From Minisyncoccota bacterium (GTDB lineage: Bacteria > Patescibacteriota > Minisyncoccia > Phycocordibacterales > XYD1-FULL-46-19): a DNA stretch of 64,000 nt. Position 1 is the first letter of the stretch. Every line of letters starts with the position of its first letter. This document shows positions 8,686 to 18,625 of this stretch, piece by piece. The notes under the pieces are model-generated. The model saw only the letters and a list, made by a program, of their open reading frames with translations. It ran no database searches and was not told where the DNA came from. The stretch lies in assembly GCA_040879645.1 (NCBI GenBank), contig JBBDJY010000016.1, positions 11,064 to 75,063 on the forward strand, given 5' to 3'. Position numbers and translations under genes: made by a program.

Positions 8686-9714
8686 ATGGCTGAAAGAAAA
8701 ATAAAAGTTGCCATCAATGGACTGGGCCGAATCGGCCGGGCTTTTCTTAAGATTGCCTCCGACCGACCGGAAATCGAAATTGTGGCGGTTAATGACTTGG
8801 CCGAGATTAAGAACATCGCTTACTTGATTAAATACGACACCGTTTATGGTGTGTGGCCGGGTGAAGTCGAAGCGGTAGAAGGTAATTTACTTATCAATAA
8901 CCGACCGGTGAAATTTTTAAGCATCGCTGATCCGAAAAATTTGCCGTGGAAGGATTTGGCTATTGATGTGGTGATTGAGGCGACCGGGGTTTTTGCCGGC
9001 TACGATAAATCTCGGGCTCATTTGGACGCCGGTGCTCGCAAGGTGGTGATTTCGGCGCCGGTCAAAGACGATCCGCCGGTCGGCATTGGCGGGGCCACCG
9101 TTTTAATGGGCATCAATCAAGATCAGTTGAATACTTGCCAGATATCGTCCAATGCTTCTTGTACCACCAATGCCGTCAGTCCGTTGATAAAAATATTAAA
9201 TGATGCGGTCGGGATTGAAAAAGCCGTTTTAAATACGGTTCATGGTTATACCGCCAGTCAAAAATTGGTGGATAGTCCCGATGCCAAGGATTTTCGTCGC
9301 GGTCGAGCCGGGGCGCAAAATATTATTCCCTCCACTACCGGGGCGGCGATTGCCGTTACCAAAGTCATGCCTGAATTGACCGATAAATTTGACGGTCTGG
9401 CCATGCGCGTGCCGGTACCGACCGGGTCTTTGGTTGATCTGACTTTTATCGCCAAGCGCGAGACAACGGTTGAAGAAGTTAACGGCAAGTTAAAAGCGGC
9501 GGCCGCCGATCCGGCTTGGCAGGCGGTATTTACCGTTACCGAGGACCCGATTGTTTCGGCGGATATTATCGGTTCGTCTTACGCTTCGATTGCCGATTTG
9601 GCTTTTACCAAGGTGATTGGCGGTAACTTGGTTAAAGTCTTGGCTTGGTATGATAATGAAATGGGCTATACCCATACTTTAATTCAGCATGTCCTGGAGA
9701 CGGGGAGTCGATAA
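8686..9714 (+). CDS. gap: Glyceraldehyde-3-phosphate dehydrogenase
   Basis: KVAINGLGRIGR Rossmann motif and active-site SNASCTTN; ORF from 8668, likely start 8686. Confidence 0.9.
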   Translation: MAERKIKVAINGLGRIGRAFLKIASDRPEIEIVAVNDLAEIKNIAYLIKYDTVYGVWPGEVEAVEGNLLINNRPVKFLSIADPKNLPWKDLAIDVVIEATGVFAGYDKSRAHLDAGARKVVISAPVKDDPPVGIGGATVLMGINQDQLNTCQISSNASCTTNAVSPLIKILNDAVGIEKAVLNTVHGYTASQKLVDSPDAKDFRRGRAGAQNIIPSTTGAAIAVTKVMPELTDKFDGLAMRVPVPTGSLVDLTFIAKRETTVEEVNGKLKAAAADPAWQAVFTVTEDPIVSADIIGSSYASIADLAFTKVIGGNLVKVLAWYDNEMGYTHTLIQHVLETGSR

Positions 9715-9775
9715 TCGGATTCAGTAGATTCTTGACTTTTGCGATTGTGACCTGTAGTATAGTAAATATACACGC

Positions 9776-9815
9776 CCCAGCTAGCCGCAAGGTCCGCTGG
9801 GGTTTTTCGTTTTTT
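9776..9815 (+). terminator. Rho-independent terminator (ccccagctagccgcaaggtccgctgggg + TTTTT)
   Basis: Hairpin followed by T-run after gap. Confidence 0.55.
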
Positions 9816-10149
9816 GTTGTTAGAATGTTCTAATGAAGACTTTTTTACTTATAGATGGAGAAAATTGTAGCCAGAAAAATAAAATAATTGTATGATGACA
9901 GTTAAGGCTAAAAGTTAAGCGAGGTAATATAATTTATTGCTGTTAATTAAATTTAACCGGTAGTATACTTAAGAGATGGTGGTATTACAATAAATTAATT
10001 AGAGACAAAATCTCGGAAATTCTTGATAAAAAAGTATCACTTATGAAAAACGAGTGGTCTCAAGCCGGGAGTATCAAACAGGATTGATAAAAAATTAGAG
10101 GAACGTGACGGCTTTAAGCAAAGATTTATTGTTAAAGACAAAAAGTAAT

Positions 10150-10644
10150 ATGAAAATCTATCTCGGCGCTGATCATGCCGGCTTTCAATTAAAAGAAGAA
10201 ATCAAAGCTTTTCTTTTGGAGCAGTCTTATAATGTTTCTGATGAAGGGGCTTATAAATACCAGTCGGGTGATGATTATCCCGATTTTATCGGCTTAGTGG
10301 CGGTACAGGTGGCGGCCGAACCGGAAAGTCGAGGGCTTATTTTTGGCGGTTCGGGCCAGGGCGAAGCGATGGCCGCTAATCGTTATAAAGGAGTTCGAGC
10401 GGTGGTTTATTACGGTTCGGTACCACTCAGGCCCGATACGCCGGCCGGTGAAGCCGATATTTTGCAATTATCCCGTCGGCATAACGATGCCAATGTTTTG
10501 TCTTTGGGGGCGCGGTTTGTTGATCCGGCCGAAGCTCGGGTCGCTGTCGTCAAGTGGCTGGAAACCGATTTTTCCGGCGATGAACGACACATTCGACGGA
10601 TCAAAAAAATTGAAGGTTTGGTTCACGATGAAAATGTTTTTTAA
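10150..10644 (+). CDS. rpiB: Ribose-5-phosphate isomerase B
   Basis: MKIYLGADHAGFQLKEEI RpiB/LacAB N-terminus. Confidence 0.85.
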   Translation: MKIYLGADHAGFQLKEEIKAFLLEQSYNVSDEGAYKYQSGDDYPDFIGLVAVQVAAEPESRGLIFGGSGQGEAMAANRYKGVRAVVYYGSVPLRPDTPAGEADILQLSRRHNDANVLSLGARFVDPAEARVAVVKWLETDFSGDERHIRRIKKIEGLVHDENVF

Positions 10645-10680
10645 TCTGATGACGGTTGTCGTCTAATTGTTTTTTGGAAA

Positions 10681-11310
10681 ATGGCTAATATTACCCCATC
10701 AATCATCAGTCAAGAGTTTACGGAGATTAAAGATAAAATCGGCCGGTTGGAAGGGCTTGCGCCGTGGGTTCATTTGGATGTGATGGATGGCAAATTTGTT
10801 CCGCCGATGACTTGGTCGGCGCCTGATGACTTAAAAGCTGTTGCCGGCCAAATTAAGGTGGAAGTGCATTTAATGACCGAAAAGCCGGAAGAGATTTTAG
10901 CTGATTGGTTGTTGGTCGCCGATCGGGCGGTTATTCATTTTGAAGCCACCGATTGTTTGGCTGATATTATTGACCGGTTTAAATCTTCGGCCACCGCTAT
11001 CGGTTTGGCATTTAAATTGGAAACGCCGGTGGAGGATATTTTTCCTTATGTTGAACAAGTGGCCCTTATCCAATTGATGAGCATCGCCGAAATTGGTTAT
11101 CATGGCCGGCCGTTTGATCGTCGGGTTTTAGACAAGGTTAAAACTTTGCGGCGTCAATTCCCCGATGTTATAATTCAACTTGACGGTGGAATCAATTTAC
11201 AGACAGCACCGGAGGCGGCGTCCGCCGGCGCCGACAACTTAATCGTTGGCAGTGCCGTTTGGCAAAGTGATAATTTGCCGGCAACTTTGACTTCATTGCA
11301 AAAAATATAA
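10681..11310 (+). CDS. rpe: Ribulose-phosphate 3-epimerase
   Basis: PSIISQEF..VHLDVMDGKFVP motif. Confidence 0.85.
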   Translation: MANITPSIISQEFTEIKDKIGRLEGLAPWVHLDVMDGKFVPPMTWSAPDDLKAVAGQIKVEVHLMTEKPEEILADWLLVADRAVIHFEATDCLADIIDRFKSSATAIGLAFKLETPVEDIFPYVEQVALIQLMSIAEIGYHGRPFDRRVLDKVKTLRRQFPDVIIQLDGGINLQTAPEAASAGADNLIVGSAVWQSDNLPATLTSLQKI

Positions 11311-11311
11311 T

Positions 11312-12205
11312 ATGGCTCATTTACATGATGAAAAAATAAAATTCTTGGAGGAGAAGGCCAATGAAATTAGGCAGGCGATTATTACCATGCTGGCCGCTAC
11401 CGGTTCGGGTCACACCGCCGGACCTTTGGGGATGGCCGATATTTTTACCATTTTATACTTTCACCTGTTACACCATGATCCCGAACGACCGGACTGGCCG
11501 GAGCGCGACCGCTTGGTGTTATCTAATGGCCATATTTGCCCGGTCTTGTATGTCACGATGGCCAAGGCCGGCTATTTTCCGGAATCGGAATTAAAGACTT
11601 TGCGTCAATTCGGTTCTCGCTTGCAAGGTCATCCTCATCGGGAGTGGTTGCCGATGCTTGAAACCAGCTCTGGTCCGCTCGGTTCCGGCCTATCCCAAGC
11701 GGTGGGAATGAGTTTGGCTTTCCGCCTGGACAAGGTAACCAATCGGTTTGTTTATTGTTTGATGTCTGACGGCGAATTAAATGAAGGTAATTCGTGGGAA
11801 GCGATAATGTTGGCCGGTAAAGAAAAATTGCATCAGTTGATTGCGATTGTTGACCGCAACAATATCCAGATTGACGGCTTGACCGAAGAGGTGATGCCGC
11901 TTGAGCCGTTGGCCGACAAGTGGCGAGCTTTTAATTGGCAGGTGATAGAGGTGGATGGGCATAATTTTGAAGACATTAATGATGCCGTCGGTCAGGCCAA
12001 AGCGGTCTTTGGCCGGCCGACGGTGATTATCGCTCACACCGTGCCGGGTAAAGGTGTGTCTTTTATGGAAAACGATTACAAGTGGCATGGCAGTCCGCCC
12101 GGCAAAGTTGATGACGATGATGGGCCGGCAAAAAACAAGCAAGCTAAAGAAGCCCTGCGGGAATTGCGTAGTCTAGGCGGGCGGATTAAGTCCGAGCATG
12201 ATTAA
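11312..12205 (+). CDS. Transketolase, N-terminal (TPP-binding) subunit of a split transketolase
   Basis: GSGHTAGPLGMADIF motif; 297 aa; followed directly by the C-terminal subunit gene. Confidence 0.85.
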   Translation: MAHLHDEKIKFLEEKANEIRQAIITMLAATGSGHTAGPLGMADIFTILYFHLLHHDPERPDWPERDRLVLSNGHICPVLYVTMAKAGYFPESELKTLRQFGSRLQGHPHREWLPMLETSSGPLGSGLSQAVGMSLAFRLDKVTNRFVYCLMSDGELNEGNSWEAIMLAGKEKLHQLIAIVDRNNIQIDGLTEEVMPLEPLADKWRAFNWQVIEVDGHNFEDINDAVGQAKAVFGRPTVIIAHTVPGKGVSFMENDYKWHGSPPGKVDDDDGPAKNKQAKEALRELRSLGGRIKSEHD

Positions 12206-12238
12206 ATAATAACGGCTAATCGCCTAAGGATAGTTCAA

Positions 12239-13228
12239 ATGTTAAAGCCAGAACAAAAATTAAATAGTAAATTGTTTGACTTGTCGGTGGACCAAGCGCC
12301 GATTCGTGATGGTTACGGCCGGGGTTTGGTGGCGGCCGGCGAAGCTGATTCGCGAGTGGTGGCTTTATGCGCCGATTTAACCGAATCAACTCGGACGGAA
12401 GCTTTTGCCGAGAAATTTCCCGACCGCTTTATCCAAGTTGGTGTTGCCGAGCAAAATCTGGCGGCGGTGGCCTCCGGCCTCTCGGCCGGTGGCAAGATTC
12501 CGTTTATTACCTCTTATGCGATGTTTAGCCCCGGTCGGAATTGGGAACAGATTCGGACGACTATTTGTTATAACAATCAACCGGTTAATATTGCCGGTTC
12601 GCATGCCGGTATTTCGGTCGGCCCCGACGGTGGGACTCATCAAGCGATTGAGGATATTGCCATTACCCGAGTCATTCCGCGTTTGCAGGTGATTGCCCCT
12701 TGTGATGTTAATGAGGCGAAAAAAGCGACACTGGCCGCCGCCAAATCGGGTAGCCCGACTTATCTTCGCTTGGCCCGTAATCCAACACCGGTCGTGACGA
12801 CCGAAGGCTCACCTTTTATTATCGGTCAAGCTAATGTCTTGTGGGCGGACGAAAAACCGGCGGTGGCGATTATCGCTTGCGGTTCGTTGGTCTATCAAGC
12901 GCTTTTGGCGGCCAAAAAATTGTCCGCCGAGGGCTTACCGGTGTCGGTTACTAATTTGCATACGATTAAACCGCTTGACGAAAAAACTTTGACCCGAGTC
13001 TGCGGTGAGGCCTCGGCGGTGGTTACGGTGGAAGAACATCAAAAAGCCGGCGGTTTGGGGAGTGCGGTGGCTGAATTTTTGGCCGGGACCGTACCAAAAC
13101 CAATGGAATTTGTGGCGGTTAATGATGAATTCGGTCAATCGGGTGAACCCAATCAATTACTCGAACATTATCACTTGGATTCGGCGGGAATTATTGAAGC
13201 GGTCAAAAAAGCCAAAGGCCGAACCTAA
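12239..13228 (+). CDS. Transketolase, C-terminal (pyrimidine-binding/C-terminal domain) subunit
   Basis: Similarity pattern to transketolase central and C-terminal domains; 329 aa. Confidence 0.85.
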   Translation: MLKPEQKLNSKLFDLSVDQAPIRDGYGRGLVAAGEADSRVVALCADLTESTRTEAFAEKFPDRFIQVGVAEQNLAAVASGLSAGGKIPFITSYAMFSPGRNWEQIRTTICYNNQPVNIAGSHAGISVGPDGGTHQAIEDIAITRVIPRLQVIAPCDVNEAKKATLAAAKSGSPTYLRLARNPTPVVTTEGSPFIIGQANVLWADEKPAVAIIACGSLVYQALLAAKKLSAEGLPVSVTNLHTIKPLDEKTLTRVCGEASAVVTVEEHQKAGGLGSAVAEFLAGTVPKPMEFVAVNDEFGQSGEPNQLLEHYHLDSAGIIEAVKKAKGRT

Positions 13229-13256
13229 ACTCGTAAAACCCGATCGATGAATCTCC

Positions 13257-13322
13257 ATACCGAGGTTAAACCTCGGTATTATGGCTTAAAATAACGCTTA
13301 TAACGAGGTTAAACCTCGGTAT
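13257..13322. repeat. REP doublet (two ATACCGAGGTTAAACCTCGGTAT palindromes separated by tatggcttaaaataacgcttata)
   Basis: Nearly identical about 66-bp block repeated at 13711-13777. Confidence 0.85.
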
Positions 13323-13443
13323 TTAGATTGTTAATTGGTGGTTAATCCCCACCTAGTATTGTTGCCACTTGATTTTTTAGATAATCGTTTTATGCTAAAA
13401 ACAGAAGAACTTTATTCTATTGTTGGGCAATGGAGGACGAGTG

Positions 13444-13665
13444 ATGTTTGAAGAAGAGAGGCAAGTCAACGGAGAGCGAGATTTGGCCGCTTGGAATCAG
13501 GAACAAATTGCCGAGATGCTGGGGGATGACAATCGTTATTTCGCCGGCCAGCGTTTCGGTCATAGTCCGACCAAGCAAGAAGCCGTCAGACATTATGTCG
13601 AATGTGGCGGACCGACAGATTTCGCCAGGCGAAATGCGAAGAATCCGCGTTTCTATCGGTCGTAA
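13444..13665 (+). CDS. Small hypothetical protein (73 aa)
   Basis: RBS GGAGGA 6 nt upstream of ATG 13444; strong terminator immediately downstream; bracketed by REP doublets. Confidence 0.5.
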   Translation: MFEEERQVNGERDLAAWNQEQIAEMLGDDNRYFAGQRFGHSPTKQEAVRHYVECGGPTDFARRNAKNPRFYRS

Positions 13666-13668
13666 CTC

Positions 13669-13700
13669 AAAAGGCAGGGGAGACTCCCCTGCCTTATTTT
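13669..13700 (+). terminator. Rho-independent terminator (aggcaggggagactcccctgcct + TTATTTTT)
   Basis: Perfect 9-bp stem plus T-run. Confidence 0.7.
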
Positions 13701-13710
13701 TGGTATTCTA

Positions 13711-13809
13711 ATACCGAGGTTAAACCTCGGTATTATGGCTTAAAACAACGCTTATACCGAGGTTAAACCTCGGTATTATCTTTTTTTTGGCCCGAGGTTT
13801 AACCTCGGG
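13711..13809. repeat. REP doublet plus a third variant palindrome (cccgaggtttaacctcggg)
   Basis: Direct reading. Confidence 0.85.
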
Positions 13810-13826
13810 CCAAGTCAAAAAAGGTT

Positions 13827-14825
13827 TTAGTTTATTTTATCCGGTCGGTAATTTTCCGGTGCTTCAGCCAGGTACTCTTCTAATTTTTCTCGAGACAAGA
13901 GGCCGGCTTGAGCGCCAACATTTTGGACAACAGACATAGAATTAATCGGCCCCCAAGTCAGGGCTTCGGGAATGGTCTTGCCGAGGATAATCGCCGAGGT
14001 AAAAGTACTGGCGAAAGAGTCACCGGCTCCGGTCCGGTCAACCGGCGGTTTCGGGTCGGGATAAATCGGCATATGCCAAATACCCTGATCATCGCCGGCA
14101 TAGGCACCGGCCGGACCGTCGGTGATAACGGCCATCTTGGGGCCGAGAGCGCGAATGCCTTCAACTAATTCAGTGATGTCGGCCTCTTCTTTGCCGAGAA
14201 TTGATTTGGCTTCTTGAACATTGCAGAAAAAGAGCGCCGATACTTTATAAATATCGCCTAATTCTTCCGGCCCGAGTTTGATTTGGAAAGTGCCGGGCTG
14301 GAAAGCCAGTTTGATTTCCGGATTATCTTTCAGGTAACTGGCAATTTGGTGATGGAAAGGAACGGAATTTTCACCCAAGGAACTTAAATAAATCCATTTT
14401 GGTTTGCCGATATTCGCCGGCAAATCATAATTAAATTCGGTGTGTTTGATGAGGATGGTTCGTTCGTCGTTGAACCACAAAACATAGTGGTAATTGGTCT
14501 TTTCGCCGGGGTGAGTTTTGATAAATGAAGTATCAATCCCTTCGCGGTTAAAGACTTCCAAAGCGTTTCGGCCGGTGTCGTCGTCGCCCATATCGGTCAT
14601 AATCGCCGATTTAAGCCCCAGGCGGGCGGCGGAAACGGCGGCATTCGGACTATTTCCGACGGCCGGGATTTCGGTCACCGATTCGTAGGGGACTTTGTCG
14701 CCGAAACGCAAACTAATCTTGCAATTTTCCTGATTGATATCGCAAGTGACCTCAGCGTCTTTTAAGCGAATAAAGGCATCGGTGGTAACATCGCCAATGC
14801 CGAGAAAGTCGATTTCTTTGTCCAT
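13827..14825 (-). CDS. PfkB-family carbohydrate/nucleoside kinase (ribokinase-like)
   Basis: PfkB C-terminal signature TGAGDSFASTF; N-terminal GIGD..D motif. Confidence 0.8.
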   Translation of the reverse strand: MDKEIDFLGIGDVTTDAFIRLKDAEVTCDINQENCKISLRFGDKVPYESVTEIPAVGNSPNAAVSAARLGLKSAIMTDMGDDDTGRNALEVFNREGIDTSFIKTHPGEKTNYHYVLWFNDERTILIKHTEFNYDLPANIGKPKWIYLSSLGENSVPFHHQIASYLKDNPEIKLAFQPGTFQIKLGPEELGDIYKVSALFFCNVQEAKSILGKEEADITELVEGIRALGPKMAVITDGPAGAYAGDDQGIWHMPIYPDPKPPVDRTGAGDSFASTFTSAIILGKTIPEALTWGPINSMSVVQNVGAQAGLLSREKLEEYLAEAPENYRPDKIN

Positions 14826-15012
14826 AAAAATAAATGGTTAAATAAGAATGAATAAAATATCTGGCCAAACGACAGCCGTATCTTTATTATACAGAAAAAT
14901 GCCAATTGACCAATCAAGGCAAATGGACTAGAGAGTGTCACGAAGTTTAACCTCGGGCCGGGCTCGGATTGAATTTGGTCATTTGGGTGATTATCGGTTA
15001 TAATTCTTTTAT

Positions 15013-15879
15013 ATGACATATTTGGAAACAATTAAGCAAGCGGAAGCGGAGAAAAAAGCCATCGGACATTTTAATATTTCCAATATTGAAGGTTTCCACG
15101 CGGTGATTGAGTCAGCGCGAGGGCTTGATTTGCCGGTGATCATCGGCGTGTCCGAAGGAGAGAGAAAATTTATCGGCGTTAAACAAGTGAAGGCCTTGGT
15201 TGATAGCGCCAAAGCCGAAGGCCGGCCGGTGTGGCTTAATGCCGATCACACTTATTCTTTTGACGGCGTCAAAGAAGTGGTGGATGCCGGTTTTGATTCG
15301 GTTATCTTTGATGGCAGTAATTTGGAATTGGAAGAAAATATTAAAATTACCAAACAGTGCGTTGATTATGCCAAAGATAAAAATCCCGATATTTTGATTG
15401 AAGGCGAGATTGGCTATATCGGTACTTCGTCCAAGGTGCTGGAAGAAATTCCGGCCGAAGTGGTCGCCGCCGGCAAGGCGGCGGTCACGCCGGAGATTGC
15501 CAAACAGTATGTCGAGGCGACCGGTGTTGATTTATTGTCGCCGGCCGTCGGTAATATTCACGGGATGTTAAAGCATGAACATAATCCGAAATTAAAAATA
15601 GAGTTGATTAAAGAAATCAGAGCGGCGGCCGGTGTGCCCCTTGTTTTGCATGGTGGGTCGGGGATTACCGATGATGATTTTCGGGCGGCCATCGTCGCCG
15701 GTATTAGTCTGGTGCATATCAATACCGAGATTCGCGTCGCTTTCCAAAATGCTCTCAAGCAGACCTTGCAGGAAAATCCCGACGAAATTGCTCCCTATCG
15801 TTTGTTGGCGCCGGCGGTGTCGGCGATGGAAGCGGTTATTACCAAAAGACTTAAACTGTTTGCCGGTAAAAATGTTTGA
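15013..15879 (+). CDS. fba: Class II fructose/tagatose-bisphosphate aldolase
   Basis: GHFNISNIEG..LHGGSG class-II aldolase motifs. Confidence 0.85.
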   Translation: MTYLETIKQAEAEKKAIGHFNISNIEGFHAVIESARGLDLPVIIGVSEGERKFIGVKQVKALVDSAKAEGRPVWLNADHTYSFDGVKEVVDAGFDSVIFDGSNLELEENIKITKQCVDYAKDKNPDILIEGEIGYIGTSSKVLEEIPAEVVAAGKAAVTPEIAKQYVEATGVDLLSPAVGNIHGMLKHEHNPKLKIELIKEIRAAAGVPLVLHGGSGITDDDFRAAIVAGISLVHINTEIRVAFQNALKQTLQENPDEIAPYRLLAPAVSAMEAVITKRLKLFAGKNV

Positions 15880-17518
15880 CCTAACGGCAAAATTAAAAAC
15901 GACGATTAAGGGGGAAGTGGCTTCGGATGCCGAAACTCTTAAGCGTTACAGTCGGGATACCAGTTTGTTTGAAGTTAAGCCTCAAGCGGTAGTTTTTCCG
16001 GCCGACCGGGCCGACATTGAAAGCTTGGTCCGATTTGTTAATGAGCATAAGCCAGCCGAACCGTCTTTGTCGTTGACCGCCCGGTCGGCCGGCACCGACA
16101 TGACCGGTGGCCCGCTAAATGATTCGATTATTTTAAGTTTGACCGAACACTTAAATCGCGTCGATCGGGTTGATGAAGAAAATTTGGAAGCGGTGGTGGA
16201 GCCGGGCGTTTTTTACCGTGATTTTGAAGAGAAAACTTTGCCCAAGCATATTTCTCTGCCAACTTATCCGGCTTCCAAATCGATTGCCGCTTTGGGTGGA
16301 ATGATTGCCAATAATTCCGGTGGCGAAAAGACTTTGCGTTACGGCAAGACGGCCGATTATGTGAAGGAAATGGAAGTGGTATTGGCCGATGGCGAGTCTT
16401 ACACCCTGAAGAGCTTGTCACCTGATGAGTTGGAGGAGAAAAAGAAACAAACCGATTTTGAAGGTGAATTGTATCGCCGAACTCATGATTTGTTAGAAAA
16501 TAATTTTGATATTATCCAAAAAGCTCGGCCGGATGTATCCAAAAATTCGGCCGGTTATGCCTTGTGGCGGGTTTGGGATCGCCAACATTTTGATTTAACC
16601 CAGCTTTTTTGCGGGGCTCAAGGCACTCTCGGTATTATCACCAAAGCTAAATTGCGCTTGATTAAAGACAAACCCAAACGCCGATTGATTGCCTTATTCT
16701 TTAATAATTGGGACGAATTGCCGGCGGTGGTTAATGCTCTCCTGCCTCACGATCCGGAAGGGCTGGAAGCCTTTGATGATGAGACGCTTAAATTGGGTTT
16801 GCGTTTTATGCCGGAAATCGCCAAACGGGCCGGCCGGAATTTCTTCGCTTTTGCCTGGCAATTTTGGCCGGAAGTCCTAATCGGTATCAAAATGCTCGGA
16901 TTACCAAAGTTGATTGTTCTTGTCCAGTTGGCCGAGGATAGCGAACAGGCGATCGATATTAAAACGGCGGAGATAAAAAGAGCTTTGGCTGGTTTCCGGG
17001 TTCACTATCGGGTGTTGCTGACGGAAACCGAAGCCAATAAATATTGGGTCATGCGCCGACAAAGTTTCGCCCTATTGCGTGAGCATGTTAAAGGCAAAAA
17101 GACCGCCCCGTTTATTGAAGACTTTTGCGTCAAACCGGAAGTCATTCCCGAATTTTTACCTCAAGCCATTGCCATTTTGCGGGAACATGGCATCAAGGTA
17201 AATATTGCCGGTCACGCCGGCAATGGTAATTTTCACATTATTCCCTTAATGGATTTGCGCCGGCAAAGCGAGCGGGACAAAATTACGGTGGTGGCTGATA
17301 AGTTTTATGATTTAGTCGTTAAGTACAAGGGCTCAATTACCGCCGAGCATAACGACGGCATTATTCGCACCCCGTATCTGGAAAAGATGTACGGGACGGA
17401 GATTTATGATATTTTCCGTCAAGTCAAACAAATTTTTGATCCGCAAAACATTTTTAATCCCGGCAAAAAAATCGGCGGGGACATTGCCTATTTAAAAAGC
17501 CATATTGCTAAAGATTAA
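15872..17518 (+). CDS. FAD-linked oxidase (GlcD/D-lactate dehydrogenase-like FAD-binding PCMH family)
   Basis: ORF begins 15632 but overlaps fba; ATG 15872 overlaps the fba stop by 8 nt; FAD-binding motifs in translation. Confidence 0.75.
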   Translation: MFDLTAKLKTTIKGEVASDAETLKRYSRDTSLFEVKPQAVVFPADRADIESLVRFVNEHKPAEPSLSLTARSAGTDMTGGPLNDSIILSLTEHLNRVDRVDEENLEAVVEPGVFYRDFEEKTLPKHISLPTYPASKSIAALGGMIANNSGGEKTLRYGKTADYVKEMEVVLADGESYTLKSLSPDELEEKKKQTDFEGELYRRTHDLLENNFDIIQKARPDVSKNSAGYALWRVWDRQHFDLTQLFCGAQGTLGIITKAKLRLIKDKPKRRLIALFFNNWDELPAVVNALLPHDPEGLEAFDDETLKLGLRFMPEIAKRAGRNFFAFAWQFWPEVLIGIKMLGLPKLIVLVQLAEDSEQAIDIKTAEIKRALAGFRVHYRVLLTETEANKYWVMRRQSFALLREHVKGKKTAPFIEDFCVKPEVIPEFLPQAIAILREHGIKVNIAGHAGNGNFHIIPLMDLRRQSERDKITVVADKFYDLVVKYKGSITAEHNDGIIRTPYLEKMYGTEIYDIFRQVKQIFDPQNIFNPGKKIGGDIAYLKSHIAKD

Positions 17519-17520
17519 GA

Positions 17521-17546
17521 CAGCCCCGAAGGGCTGTCTTTGCAGT
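17521..17546 (+). terminator. Rho-independent terminator (gacagccccgaagggctgtc + TTT)
   Basis: Hairpin after the oxidase gene. Confidence 0.55.
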
Positions 17547-17921
17547 CGGTTGGACAGAATATGGAAACTGTCCTGCTCTAGTTATTACCCACCAATATCC
17601 AAGAGTCTTGTTCTTGATTGATATTGGTTTTGTGCGTGGGGTTCCTGTAAAGGAAGTCGTCTTTCGCTCAAGCACAATAAGAGCGATTGACCAAGCCGTT
17701 GCCGACAACAAGACTACGACAACGGCCATTGATTTAATTATATCTCACTCGCTGTCAATTTCAAGGGCTTTTATTAGACTTCTGGTTTTTTCATTTCCGG
17801 CCCCGAACCTCCGTCTTTGACCGGCACAAATACCACAAGCGATTTTAGAATGTTTTCTTTTTCGTTTGTAGTTCATTTAATAATTGTAAAAGAAAATGCC
17901 TACCGTTGCCAATAGTAAATG

Positions 17922-17946
17922 TTATCAAACACCGGGTGTTTGATAA
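17922..17946. repeat. Left flanking palindrome TTATCAAACACCGGGTGTTTGATAA of the RAYT at 17925-18596
   Basis: Perfect palindrome; near-identical copy at 18626-18650. Confidence 0.8.
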
Positions 17947-18596
17947 TCTTCTTTAGCGCCACTGGTTTCAACCCATTTTTTATAACTTTGGCCGGGGTTT
18001 GGCCCGTCCATTTGGTCCATGATTATTTTGGGTTTAAGTAATTCGCCCCAACGATTTTCATTGGTGTAGTCGCTAAAACTTGACCAACGATATTCTGTTT
18101 CTCGATTATTATAGTCAATCTCCCTTGCGTTTAAGTGGACGTAGGCCGAAGCATAAAGTAATTGCTCATTGTCTTTAATGTGAACAGCGCGAAAAGGTCC
18201 TTGAAAAAGGTGTCCAGATTGTTGATATCTGGTATTGAAATACTTGGTATAACCGTTAAGAATCTTTTGCATGTAGGTGGAAACTCCGTTATCCACATTT
18301 GATTGGACAATCAAATGAAAATGGTTCGGCATCAAACAAAAGGCGATCAATGTCACTAGACGATTTTCGATGAGGGTTTCAATGTCTTGATGGTTAAAGC
18401 CGAAATTGTTTTCTTTTATAAATTTTTTTGCATGCGATCCGATATTATTGATACTGCGGGCTGATTGTAAATGAAGAATATACAATAAAAATCTGGCACG
18501 ATCTAAGTCATCTTTAAAGATATCGCATTTAAGGTTTCCTCGGTTAACTAAGTGAAAATATTCACCGGCGACAAAAGGAGTTTTTCGATAAGTCAT
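17925..18596 (-). CDS. REP-associated tyrosine transposase (RAYT; IS200/IS605 TnpA-like HUH Y1 transposase)
   Basis: HUH motif NHFHLIVQ, C-terminal RWSSFSDY tyrosine region, N-terminal YHLVNRG motif. Confidence 0.8.
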   Translation of the reverse strand: MTYRKTPFVAGEYFHLVNRGNLKCDIFKDDLDRARFLLYILHLQSARSINNIGSHAKKFIKENNFGFNHQDIETLIENRLVTLIAFCLMPNHFHLIVQSNVDNGVSTYMQKILNGYTKYFNTRYQQSGHLFQGPFRAVHIKDNEQLLYASAYVHLNAREIDYNNRETEYRWSSFSDYTNENRWGELLKPKIIMDQMDGPNPGQSYKKWVETSGAKEDYQTPGV

Positions 18597-18625
18597 GATA
18601 TTTCAATCATACCATACAATCCCGA

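Noticed and set aside
9716-10149. RNase P, tmRNA or SRP RNA in the long spacer
   Set aside because: None of the conserved core strings of these RNAs (for example the P4 AGGAAAGUCCGGGCUCC or tmRNA GGGGCUGAUUCUGGAUUCGACGGG) is present, and the region is too AT-rich.
13257-13809. Possible CRISPR array (regularly spaced palindromic repeats)
   Set aside because: The spacers between repeats are themselves identical (tatggcttaaaa.aacgcttata). The repeats are perfect palindromes of the dispersed REP family, and there are no cas genes. This is REP/BIME organisation, not CRISPR.
15632-15871. 5' extension of the FAD-oxidase ORF to 15632
   Set aside because: It would overlap fba by 240 nt in another frame, and the translation is Cys/Arg-rich junk. 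ATG 15872 gives a sensible N-terminus.
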